From a bacterium (GTDB lineage Bacteria; Patescibacteriota; Patescibacteriia; Patescibacteriales; UBA12465), in assembly GCA_035400585.1 (NCBI GenBank), contig DAOMZR010000001.1, positions 306,643-370,642 on the forward strand: a DNA stretch of 64,000 bases, given 5' to 3'. This document shows positions 38,440 through 46,605 of the stretch, piece after piece. The translations under genes were made by a program, and so were the position numbers. The first letter of the stretch is position 1, and each line of letters opens with the position of its first letter. The notes under the pieces are model-generated. The model made no database searches. It had not been told where the DNA came from and was given only the letters and a program-made list of their open reading frames with translations.

Positions 38440-40345
38440 TTTTAACTGAAGTAACTATTTTGTCTCCTTCTTTTAATTCATCTGAAGATATCTCAACCAT
38501 AGCTTGATCACCACTCATGCCAATTTCAATAGCGACTTCTTTAATCTTTTTACCACCGTTTAAAACTCTAACTATGCTAGAACCATCCTCTTTATTTATT
38601 ATAGATCTAAAAGGAACAGCAAAAACATTTTCTTTTTTATTACTAATAATAGTAACATTGGCTGTCATTCCTGGCTTAATTTTATAATTATCATCATTAA
38701 CATTATTATCTGAAAAAATTATTTTGGTTTTATAATAAATAACATCAGATATAGAAGTAGATGCTGGTTCAATAAAATAAACACTTCCGTAAACTTTATA
38801 ATCATTTCCAAAAGCATCAAAAGTTATTTCAGCCTGATTATCAATTTTTACTTTAGATATATCTGATTCAGAAATAAATAATTCAATCTCAAAATCATTT
38901 TCTGTTAAAAGCACTAAAAATGGTTTGGAAGCATTTACTTGTTCTCCAGCTTCATAATTAATTTTTACCACCTTACCCTTTATTGGAGCTTTTAATAAAT
39001 TTTCTTCGATTTGTTTATCAATTGATCCTAAAGTCGAATTGGCTTGATCAACCTGAGCTTGAACTAGTTTTAAATCTTCACTTCTGGCTAGAGATTTTAA
39101 TTTGCTTAATTGTAGTTTATAAACGTCATAAGATTTGGCCGAAGAATCGAGTTTTGATTTTGCTAGTAAAATTTGCTGTTCACTATTAACTTTTAGCAGG
39201 GACAAACTATTTTCAGCTGAAGTAATGGCATCAGAAAGTGCCACTTCTGATTTTAAAACAGCGTCTTGAGCGCTGGCCATACTTGTTTCATAACTTAAAA
39301 TAGCTGTGCTCAAAGAAGAAATTGATCCCAAATTAGAGCTAATAGCTGAATTAACATAAGTTATATGAGAACTAACTGAGGTTTTAAAACTATCCAGCGA
39401 TGTTTGGGGAAAATCAGCCGAAATAATTGTATTTTCTAAAGCGTTAAAACAATTACTCAAACTTTTGAAAACCTGCCCCAAAAATAAAGCTAAATCATCA
39501 GAAGTTTTACTAGCAATATCCTTATTTTTATTAGCTTTTAAAAATAATATTTCCTGTTCTAAAGTGCTAATTTTTGAAACTGCAGAAGTATATTCTTTTT
39601 CAGTTTCGTCTTTATAATAAGAATTTTTAACACTAAAAACATTTTCAATATTTTCATCATCAACTATTCTTTTAACGGCATCTAAGGCAGAACGACCAAC
39701 CGACAAATTGTAGTCCAAAGAATTAATTAGAGAATTATAAGCATTATCTATATTTTGTTGACCAGTTCTTTGAGTATTACTTAGATTTGTTTTCGCTGAC
39801 TCAACTGCTTGTTTAATTGATAAAGGAACAACGCTATTTGGAGCTTTTAAATCAGACAAAGTTTTTTCGGCTTGAAGAATATTTTCAGCTACAATTTTTT
39901 TGGTTTGCTCCAAATCCTTCTCAGCTGATTCATAAGCATTCTTAGCTTGAGAAACCTGAGCTTCTAAAATTTTTATTTCATCATAAGAAGCTCCTTTAAC
40001 TAACTTTTCTTTATTAGCTTCAGCAATTTTCAAAGCAGCCAAAACCTCTTCTTTTTTTATTAATAAAGAAGAATAGTCTAGTTCGGCCAAAACTTGTCCC
40101 TCCTCAACTTGATCACCAACTGAGATTTTAATATTATTCAATCGACCAGATTGAAGAAAGTTCAAATCTATTTCTTTGTTGGCCTTAACAGCTCCAACCT
40201 CGCTAACTGTTTGGGTTAAATCTGTTTTTTTAAGCTCGGTTGTTATATATTCAATTTTATCTTTTTTAGAAAAAGACAAAATAATAACAATCACAACAAT
40301 CACGACACCCAAAATTATAAATATCTTTTTTTTACTAATTTTCAT
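38429..40345 (-). CDS. HlyD/MacA-like periplasmic adaptor with very long helical insert (638 aa)
   Basis: N-terminal TM. Split lipoyl-like halves (ISVGDQVEEGQVLAELD and LKAPIKGKVVKINYEAGEQV) are separated by ~360 aa of heptad-like sequence, followed by a C-terminal beta-barrel/MP region. 11-nt overlap with the ATPase gene. Confidence 0.8.
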   Translation of the reverse strand: MKISKKKIFIILGVVIVVIVIILSFSKKDKIEYITTELKKTDLTQTVSEVGAVKANKEIDLNFLQSGRLNNIKISVGDQVEEGQVLAELDYSSLLIKKEEVLAALKIAEANKEKLVKGASYDEIKILEAQVSQAKNAYESAEKDLEQTKKIVAENILQAEKTLSDLKAPNSVVPLSIKQAVESAKTNLSNTQRTGQQNIDNAYNSLINSLDYNLSVGRSALDAVKRIVDDENIENVFSVKNSYYKDETEKEYTSAVSKISTLEQEILFLKANKNKDIASKTSDDLALFLGQVFKSLSNCFNALENTIISADFPQTSLDSFKTSVSSHITYVNSAISSNLGSISSLSTAILSYETSMASAQDAVLKSEVALSDAITSAENSLSLLKVNSEQQILLAKSKLDSSAKSYDVYKLQLSKLKSLARSEDLKLVQAQVDQANSTLGSIDKQIEENLLKAPIKGKVVKINYEAGEQVNASKPFLVLLTENDFEIELFISESDISKVKIDNQAEITFDAFGNDYKVYGSVYFIEPASTSISDVIYYKTKIIFSDNNVNDDNYKIKPGMTANVTIISNKKENVFAVPFRSIINKEDGSSIVRVLNGGKKIKEVAIEIGMSGDQAMVEISSDELKEGDKIVTSVKNGK

Positions 40346-40368
40346 ATATTTTTTATTTTTTAAAAAAA

Positions 40369-40818
40369 TTAATCCATCACTAGCAAATCCTCGGCCTCTT
40401 CCTCTTCCTTTTCATCGTCAGAAGACAAAGATTCTCTCTCCATAATTCTCATAACTTTAGAAGAAAAAGTATAAACATCAAACTCACCTTTCATAAAATA
40501 ATAATTAGCGCCCAAGCCAACGCTTCTTGATCGACCATCAGCCTCGCTTAAGTCAGTAAATATAAAAATTTCGGCATCACTAATTGAAGAATCTGATTTT
40601 ATTCTTTTAATTAAATCTTGCCCATCAATTTCTGGCAAAACCATGTCCAAAATAACCGAATCCGGTTTAAATTTTCTAATTTTGGAGATTAACTCTTCAG
40701 TATCTTCTCGAGAATCACTAATCTCCACCTCAAAATCGTTAGATGTAAAAATATCTCTCAACCCATAAAGTATGTTTAAATCATCTTCAATAACAAATAT
40801 TTTGTTTAAATCTCTCAT
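40369..40818 (-). CDS. single-domain response regulator (CheY-like receiver) with acidic tail
   Basis: VIEDD, VILDMVLPEIDG (phospho-acceptor Asp context), IFTD, MKGEF. It ends DDEKEEEEAEDLLVMD. No output domain. Confidence 0.85.
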   Translation of the reverse strand: MRDLNKIFVIEDDLNILYGLRDIFTSNDFEVEISDSREDTEELISKIRKFKPDSVILDMVLPEIDGQDLIKRIKSDSSISDAEIFIFTDLSEADGRSRSVGLGANYYFMKGEFDVYTFSSKVMRIMERESLSSDDEKEEEEAEDLLVMD

Positions 40819-40833
40819 ATTTTTTAATTTAAA

Positions 40834-41823
40834 TTAATTTTTATTTAATAAATCCTTAATATTAATAAGACCGTTTTGGGCTCCATAAACAGAAACTAAG
40901 GAAGATGCATTTTTATTAGCTATCTCCAAAGATTTTTTGTAATCTCCACTAAACAAAACTAATCCGGCTGAAAAAGTAGAATTAAAAGCATCGCCAACAC
41001 CAGTGGTATCTAAACGTTTTTTCCTGGTTTTAACCAACTGATGATAAAAATTATCGCCATCAAAAAAATAAGCCCCTTTTAAACCATTAGTTATTAAAAC
41101 TTTTTTTGGTCCGTGCTCTTTAATTATTTTTAATAAATTCCTAATGTTATTAAGATAAGAATTCTTAGATCTTTTAAACTGTTCAGTATTTTTAACCAAC
41201 TCCAAAGCTTCATCTTTGTTTAACATTAAAACCTCAGTCTTATTTAAAAAATTTGATATTTTATTTAAACCACAGGAAATTTCTCTTAATCCAGGATTCC
41301 AATAAACTTTTTTATTTAAAGAAAAAACTTTTTTAAGAACCTGATACCAATCATCTGATAGGGATGTTATATAAAAATTATTTCCTTTTTTCATTTTTTC
41401 AACAGTTTCTCTTTTTAAAACTAATTCGTCGTTTGATCCTCGATAGGCAAAAATAATTCTATCTTTTCCGTTATTTAATATAAAAGAAAAACCAGAATCA
41501 TTTTTTTTATCAATTGAAACCAAAGAAATATTAACTTTTTTTTCTTTTAAGTTGTTCAAAATTCTCTTGCCTCTGTTGCCATCGCCAATATTGGCAACAA
41601 TAGCCGTTTTAAAGCCTAAATTAGCAAAATTAACAGCTGAGTTAGAGGCACCACCGCCAAAAAAAGATAGAGATTTCTCAACTTTAACCTTAGCACCTTG
41701 TTCAAAGGCCAAAAGCTCCTGTTTTAACAGATCTGACTTGTTTTTCAATAAAACACCTTCGTTAGTATAAAAAACAACATCTTCTGTGGCTCCACCAATT
41801 GTAATAAAGTCTATTTTATTCAT
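40834..41823 (-). CDS. PfkB-family carbohydrate kinase
   Basis: ITIGGATEDV, GGGASNSAV, DTTGVGDAFNSTF. Start placed at MNKIDF (41823), because the longer ORF to 41892 would overlap mreD. Confidence 0.85.
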   Translation of the reverse strand: MNKIDFITIGGATEDVVFYTNEGVLLKNKSDLLKQELLAFEQGAKVKVEKSLSFFGGGASNSAVNFANLGFKTAIVANIGDGNRGKRILNNLKEKKVNISLVSIDKKNDSGFSFILNNGKDRIIFAYRGSNDELVLKRETVEKMKKGNNFYITSLSDDWYQVLKKVFSLNKKVYWNPGLREISCGLNKISNFLNKTEVLMLNKDEALELVKNTEQFKRSKNSYLNNIRNLLKIIKEHGPKKVLITNGLKGAYFFDGDNFYHQLVKTRKKRLDTTGVGDAFNSTFSAGLVLFSGDYKKSLEIANKNASSLVSVYGAQNGLINIKDLLNKN

Positions 41824-41851
41824 AAATGCATTGCAATTATAGCATAAAAAC

Positions 41852-42379
41852 CTATTTTGACCAAACGATCTTTTTATTTCTATCATCATCAATTCCTAAA
41901 AAATAAAAAGAAAAAACAATAGCCAAAGAAATAAACAACAACTCTTTTAGAAAGTTAACTAAAAAAATAAAATTTATCCATTTAAACTCATTATCCCCCC
42001 AAAAATGAATATAAACAAAAAAACTAGAGAATAGATAATAAAAAATAGAAAAAAACAAACCCAAGGCTAAAAAAGAATATATTGATTTGTTAGTAAAAAG
42101 ATTTAGTAAAAGAAAATTAACAATAAAAATAGTAATAATAATTGAAACAGAGTAAACTCCAAAAAAATAGAAAGAAAATAAATCAAGTAAAAAACCAGAA
42201 AATAATCCAACAATTAAGGATGTTTTTAGATCATAAAAGATAAAGACATATATTAAATACAATAAAACAAAATTAATACCAGAAAAAAAACCAGTTAAAC
42301 TATTAGCAAAAGAAAGCTGAATGATAAAAAAAACGGCAGCTAACAACAACAATTTAAAAAATTTAAAAAAATCCGTCAT
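41852..42379 (-). CDS. mreD: MreD-like polytopic membrane protein
   Basis: Five hydrophobic segments, ~175 aa, immediately after mreC. Assigned mainly by position. Confidence 0.6.
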   Translation of the reverse strand: MTDFFKFFKLLLLAAVFFIIQLSFANSLTGFFSGINFVLLYLIYVFIFYDLKTSLIVGLFSGFLLDLFSFYFFGVYSVSIIITIFIVNFLLLNLFTNKSIYSFLALGLFFSIFYYLFSSFFVYIHFWGDNEFKWINFIFLVNFLKELLFISLAIVFSFYFLGIDDDRNKKIVWSK

Positions 42380-42382
42380 AAA

Positions 42383-43183
42383 TTATTCAGGAATTATTAC
42401 TGCTATTCTGCTCAAATTTTTAGAGGTGAAAAATGGCTCAACAATAATCTCTTGCCAAATATCATTTTCTTTTTTTTCAACATTAACCACCTCTCCTAAA
42501 TACAAGCCCTTGGGAATATCTTTTTCTAAACCAGAGCTAAAAACTATGTTGCCAGTATCGATAACTTCGTTCTGGGCAATAAAATTAACTCTTATTGATA
42601 GACCTAAATTACCTTCAGCTAATCCCGAACTCTTGTCGTTATTATTAAGAGAAACCGCTAAACGACAAAAACTATTATTAGCTAAACAAATTTTGGAATA
42701 ATTTTCTTCAACTTCTAAAACTTTTCCTATTAAAACTCCAGAATCACTCACAACCGCCAAGCCAGGATAAAGACCCTGACGACTTCCGCGGTTAATAATT
42801 AAATTTTGGTTTATACTCGAAAAATTTAACAAGTTATCATTCCAAACTATATCAGCTAATAAATAGTTATATTTAGTTGTTTCAAAAAAATTAAAAAAAT
42901 TTCTGAATTGTTCATTTTCAATTTTTAAAGAATTTAATAAAGATGAATCGGCTTTTTCTTCAGCTAATTGAAATTCTAAATTTTCTATTTTTTTTAATAA
43001 ATCGTCTCTGCTTTCTTTTTTTATAATTTCATTAGTTTCTTTTCTGATTTTAAATGTAAAAAAATTAACAACCGAACCCAAGAATCTATTTGCTGGATTT
43101 AACCAACCAAAAATATTTAAAAAAATAAGCAGTCCAAGAACTGCTAGGATTATTTTATAAATCTTTTTATTCTGCTTGATCAT
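42383..43183 (-). CDS. mreC: rod shape-determining protein MreC
   Basis: N-terminal TM, coiled coil, then GLYPGLAVVSDSGVLIGKVLEV...IVFSSGLEKDIPKGLYLGEV. Follows mreB. Confidence 0.8.
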   Translation of the reverse strand: MIKQNKKIYKIILAVLGLLIFLNIFGWLNPANRFLGSVVNFFTFKIRKETNEIIKKESRDDLLKKIENLEFQLAEEKADSSLLNSLKIENEQFRNFFNFFETTKYNYLLADIVWNDNLLNFSSINQNLIINRGSRQGLYPGLAVVSDSGVLIGKVLEVEENYSKICLANNSFCRLAVSLNNNDKSSGLAEGNLGLSIRVNFIAQNEVIDTGNIVFSSGLEKDIPKGLYLGEVVNVEKKENDIWQEIIVEPFFTSKNLSRIAVIIPE

Positions 43184-43186
43184 AAA

Positions 43187-44236
43187 CTAAAAAATAGAAC
43201 TGACTTTTTTAAGCAAATCTTCTCGAGAAAACAAGGTACCAGCTCCTCTAACCATAGCTGTTAATGGATCATCAACTACCATTACTGGAATTTTTGTTGC
43301 CTTAGCAATTAAAGCATCTAATCTATAAAGCAATGCCCCTCCGCCACTCAAATAAAGGCCATGTTCATAAATATCAGCCACCAATTCTGGCGGAGTTTCT
43401 TCTAAAGTTAATTTAATATTTTCAATTATTTTAATAATTGTTTTTTTAATAGCTTCTCTAACTTGAGCATCAGAAATAACTATGGCAGTTGGTAAACCAG
43501 TAGTTAAATCTCTGCCTCTAATTTCCATTTCCCTTTCTTCGTTAAAAGGTATTACTGAGGCTAAACTAATTTTTATTCTCTCAGCTAATTGTTCGCCAAT
43601 TAAAACATTGAAATTGTCTCTAACATAATCAATGATATTATTATCCAATTCATTGCCAGCAAAACGAAGGGATTTCCAAGAAACTACCCCGGCCAAAGAA
43701 ATAACAGAAATATCGGTTGTACCACCGCCAATATCAACTACCATATTAGCTCGAGGACTATCAACTGGTAATCCAGCCCCCAAAGCAGCGGCCATAACCT
43801 CTTCAATTAAATAAACTTTTCGAGCACCTGCTGATTTAGCAGCATCTTCTACGGCCTTTTTTTCTACTTCAGTAATATCTAAAGGAATTCCAATAATTAC
43901 TCTGGGTCGAGGCATAAAAGAAAAATTATCGCCATGAACTTTGTTGATAAAGTGCTTTAACATTTTTTCGGTTATTTCAAAATCAGAGATAACTCCGTCA
44001 ACTAAGGGCTTAATAACCTGGATATGGGCTGGAGTTTTTCCTAACATTTTTTTAGCGTCATGACCGATTTCCAAAATTTCGGTTGTCTTGTTATTAATAG
44101 CCACAACACTTGGTTCATTAATTATCAAGCCTTTATTATTAACAAAAACTAAGGTATTTTTAGTACCCAAATCAATGGCTATATCATAGCCCAAGCGACC
44201 GAATCCTTTGAATTTTCCAAATATTTTAGATAGCAT
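43187..44236 (-). CDS. mreB: MreB (paralog 1, heads mreBCD)
   Basis: IAIDLGTKNTLVF, VVDIGGGTTDISVISLAG, GLYLSGGGALL. Confidence 0.9.
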   Translation of the reverse strand: MLSKIFGKFKGFGRLGYDIAIDLGTKNTLVFVNNKGLIINEPSVVAINNKTTEILEIGHDAKKMLGKTPAHIQVIKPLVDGVISDFEITEKMLKHFINKVHGDNFSFMPRPRVIIGIPLDITEVEKKAVEDAAKSAGARKVYLIEEVMAAALGAGLPVDSPRANMVVDIGGGTTDISVISLAGVVSWKSLRFAGNELDNNIIDYVRDNFNVLIGEQLAERIKISLASVIPFNEEREMEIRGRDLTTGLPTAIVISDAQVREAIKKTIIKIIENIKLTLEETPPELVADIYEHGLYLSGGGALLYRLDALIAKATKIPVMVVDDPLTAMVRGAGTLFSREDLLKKVSSIF

Positions 44237-45488
44237 ATTCTTTTAAAAATTTTAATAAATCACTTCTCTTAATCATCTCCGAATTATTTTTTGATCTTTC
44301 TTTAAATTCAACTTGATCTAAATCAATATTTTTTTGACTAATAATTAAACGATAAGGACAGCCAATTAAATCAGCGTCGTTTAATTTTTCTCCTAAACTG
44401 GAATCTTCACGATCGTCATATAAAACCTCAAAGCCAGCAGATGTTAATTCTTTATAAATTTTTTCGGCCTCTTCATTTTGTTTGAAAGATATCAAGTGAA
44501 CATTAAAAGGAGCAATTGCTTTTGGCCAAATCATACCTTTTTCGTCATTATAAACTTCAACGATCGTTCCCAAAATTCTGCTAGGTCCAATACCATAACA
44601 ACCCATGATAATGTCTTGGGTTTTACCATCCTTGTCTAAATAATTGAAATTAAATGGTTTAGAAAATTTAGTTCCTAGTTTGAAAATATTACCAACCTCA
44701 ACTGCCTTTTTTTCTTCCAATTCCCTAGAACCACATTCCGGACAATCTGTTTGCTCTTCTATTATTTCTCTATTAACAGCTACTTTACATTTTTTACAAA
44801 CATAAATTAAATCTTCGCCAGCATCAGTTATAGTTTGAAATTCGTGAGAATATTTAGAGAAAGCACCACCAGAAGCATAAGTAACGTGAGTAATTTCGCC
44901 TAAACCAAGTCTAGAGTATATTTTAAAATAAGCCTCTTTTACTTTTTCATAATAAGTATCTAGATCTTCTTGAGAAATATGAAAAGAATATAAGTCTTTC
45001 ATTAAAAATTCTCTACCCCTAATAAGCCCAGCTTTAGCTCTTTTTTCATTTCTAAATTTAGTCTGAATTTGATAAACAGCAAAAGGTAAGTTTTTATAAG
45101 AAGTGCAAAATCTTTGAGCCAGCGGTGTAACAATTTCTTCATGAGTCGCTCCTAGTGCGTATTCCTTCTCGTCTGAACCAGTTAATTTAAACAAAGCATC
45201 GAAATTAGACCAACGATCAGTCGCCTCCCAAACATTTTTAGGAGTCAGGGCTGGCATTAAAACCTCTTGTCCACCGACAGCATTTATTTCCTCTCTAATA
45301 ATATTATTTATTTTGTTTAAAACTCTTAGTCCCAAAGGTAAAAAAGTATAAATTCCGGCACCAACTTTATCAATAAAACCAGCCCTGATAAGTGTTTGAG
45401 CATTAAAAGATGTTTCATCCTTTGGAATTGTTTTACTAGTTTTTGTAAACAAAAATGATTGTTTCATAATAAAATATAGGTTTTTCAA
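44226..45488 (-). CDS. proS: prolyl-tRNA synthetase, bacterial type lacking the INS editing domain
   Basis: QTLIRAGFI..GAGIYTFLPLGLRV, REFLMKDLYSF (motif 2), SHEFQ, VEVGNIFKLGTKFS. A CKKC...CPEC knuckle sits where INS is normally inserted. An alternative start is Met8 (45467). Confidence 0.88.
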   Translation of the reverse strand: MKNLYFIMKQSFLFTKTSKTIPKDETSFNAQTLIRAGFIDKVGAGIYTFLPLGLRVLNKINNIIREEINAVGGQEVLMPALTPKNVWEATDRWSNFDALFKLTGSDEKEYALGATHEEIVTPLAQRFCTSYKNLPFAVYQIQTKFRNEKRAKAGLIRGREFLMKDLYSFHISQEDLDTYYEKVKEAYFKIYSRLGLGEITHVTYASGGAFSKYSHEFQTITDAGEDLIYVCKKCKVAVNREIIEEQTDCPECGSRELEEKKAVEVGNIFKLGTKFSKPFNFNYLDKDGKTQDIIMGCYGIGPSRILGTIVEVYNDEKGMIWPKAIAPFNVHLISFKQNEEAEKIYKELTSAGFEVLYDDREDSSLGEKLNDADLIGCPYRLIISQKNIDLDQVEFKERSKNNSEMIKRSDLLKFLKEYAI

Positions 45489-45590
45489 TAAATTTTGGTG
45501 CTTTATAACACGTTAAAACACAAAAAAGCCAATTTTTTTGGTTATTATAATAATAACTTAAAAAGGGGGCTTTGTAAATAGGAAATTATA

Positions 45591-45627
45591 AAAAAAATAG
45601 CCTCGGATTGATTGTGTAATCCGAGGC
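45591..45627 (-). terminator. terminator of 45659..46300
   Basis: Minus strand GCCTCGGATT-8 nt-AATCCGAGGC followed by T8. Confidence 0.7.
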
Positions 45628-45658
45628 AAAAATTAAAGGTCAAACAAAAGACAAAATT

Positions 45659-46300
45659 TTAAGAGCCAGAAATTTGGGGAGCAACAAAAGCAAAACCGAG
45701 ACCACTACCCCAAAAATAATCAGAATTACCATAAAAATTATCCAACCAACAACCACTATTTTCCTGACTAGTAAGTAATCGCTTATGAACACTTTCATCC
45801 CCATCAATTAAGGAAACAATATAATACAACCCCATATCTTTAAGATCTTGATCGGAGAATTTTTCCTTAATAAGGCAGGCTGTTTCAATGTCTATTTTTT
45901 CAAGATTATACCTTGCGGCAAAAGCTTTGACATTTTCTTCAACAAAACCATTATCTCTACTAGATAAATTTACAAGATTAAGCTTTTTCCAGTCCATTCT
46001 TTTTAAAACAACAATTTCCTTCCTTATGCCAGAACTCTTTTTAAACTCCTTAGAATAAATTACATCCTTGATGAAATTACCTAAAAAATATCCCTTGCTC
46101 TCTAAACGCTCAATCCACTCCTCACTAGTTGCTCCATCACTGGTAACCGAAAAATAAATAATTCCATCCTCTTCTCGCCAATTTCTTCCAAACCTAATAA
46201 ATGAAGTTTCACCTCGAAGAAGGCGAAGAGCGCCTTCCATGCCACCAAGTTTGTTAACAATTGCTTCAATTTGTCCTAAATTTAATTCTCCGTATTTCAT
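45659..46300 (-). CDS. hypothetical cytoplasmic protein (213 aa)
   Basis: ATG start, consensus promoter, long leader and strong terminator. No TM segment. Ends ...WGSGLGFAFVAPQISGS. I think I have seen this family in uncultivated bacteria but cannot name it. Confidence 0.65.
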   Translation of the reverse strand: MKYGELNLGQIEAIVNKLGGMEGALRLLRGETSFIRFGRNWREEDGIIYFSVTSDGATSEEWIERLESKGYFLGNFIKDVIYSKEFKKSSGIRKEIVVLKRMDWKKLNLVNLSSRDNGFVEENVKAFAARYNLEKIDIETACLIKEKFSDQDLKDMGLYYIVSLIDGDESVHKRLLTSQENSGCWLDNFYGNSDYFWGSGLGFAFVAPQISGS

Positions 46301-46367
46301 GATAAATAAGTATTTACAGACTGTTTGCCTGTGTTTCTGCTGTCCGCAGTAGGAACTGCAACCATTG

Positions 46368-46426
46368 TAGTTACAGCTAAAAAGTAATTATTTTAAATAT
46401 TTTTAACTATCTTTTAGCTGTAACTA
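46368..46426. repeat. 15-16 bp inverted repeat (leader hairpin)
   Basis: TAGTTACAGCTAAAA(AG) at 46368..46384 pairs with CTTTTAGCTGTAACTA at 46411..46426. The loop is 26 nt and AT-only. Confidence 0.6.
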
Positions 46427-46459
46427 AATTTTCCAGATTTTCAAGGTACTAGTTACATT

Positions 46460-46488
46460 ATTATATCATATTTTAATTATTTTGTCAA
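46460..46488 (-). promoter_or_regulatory. consensus promoter for 45659..46300
   Basis: Minus strand TTGACA (46488..46483), 17 nt, TATAAT (46465..46460) preceded by TGA. About 150 nt upstream of the ATG. Confidence 0.6.
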
Positions 46489-46605
46489 TAGATTTAAAAA
46501 ATGCTCATACCAAAATAAATCTACTAATTTCACCTATAAACATTATTTATTATAAATTTATATACCACATGTTATAATAAATAAATCATATTTAATAATT
46601 TATTT

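Noticed and set aside
41824-41892. Longer N-terminal extensions of tracked ORFs (pfkB to 41892, rmlB to 26178, rmlD to 25198)
   Set aside because: The extensions are hydrophobic or low-complexity, overlap the upstream gene by 34-41 nt, and precede internal Met codons where the conserved Rossmann or kinase N-termini begin. The shorter starts were preferred.
45489-45658. T-box leader upstream of proS
   Set aside because: The region is only ~170 nt. It lacks a T-box sequence (AGGGUGGNACCGCG-like) and a specifier-loop architecture, and part of it is the terminator of the upstream gene plus a promoter-like TTTACA...TATTAT.
46320-46376. SRP (4.5S) RNA-like motif in the GC-richer intergenic segment
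   Set aside because: There is partial resemblance (CUGUUUGCC, GUCCG, AGGAA, GCAACCAU). However, the GGAA tetraloop, the AGCAGCC strand and the required long-range pairing of helix 5/8 cannot be formed. It more likely belongs to an mRNA leader.
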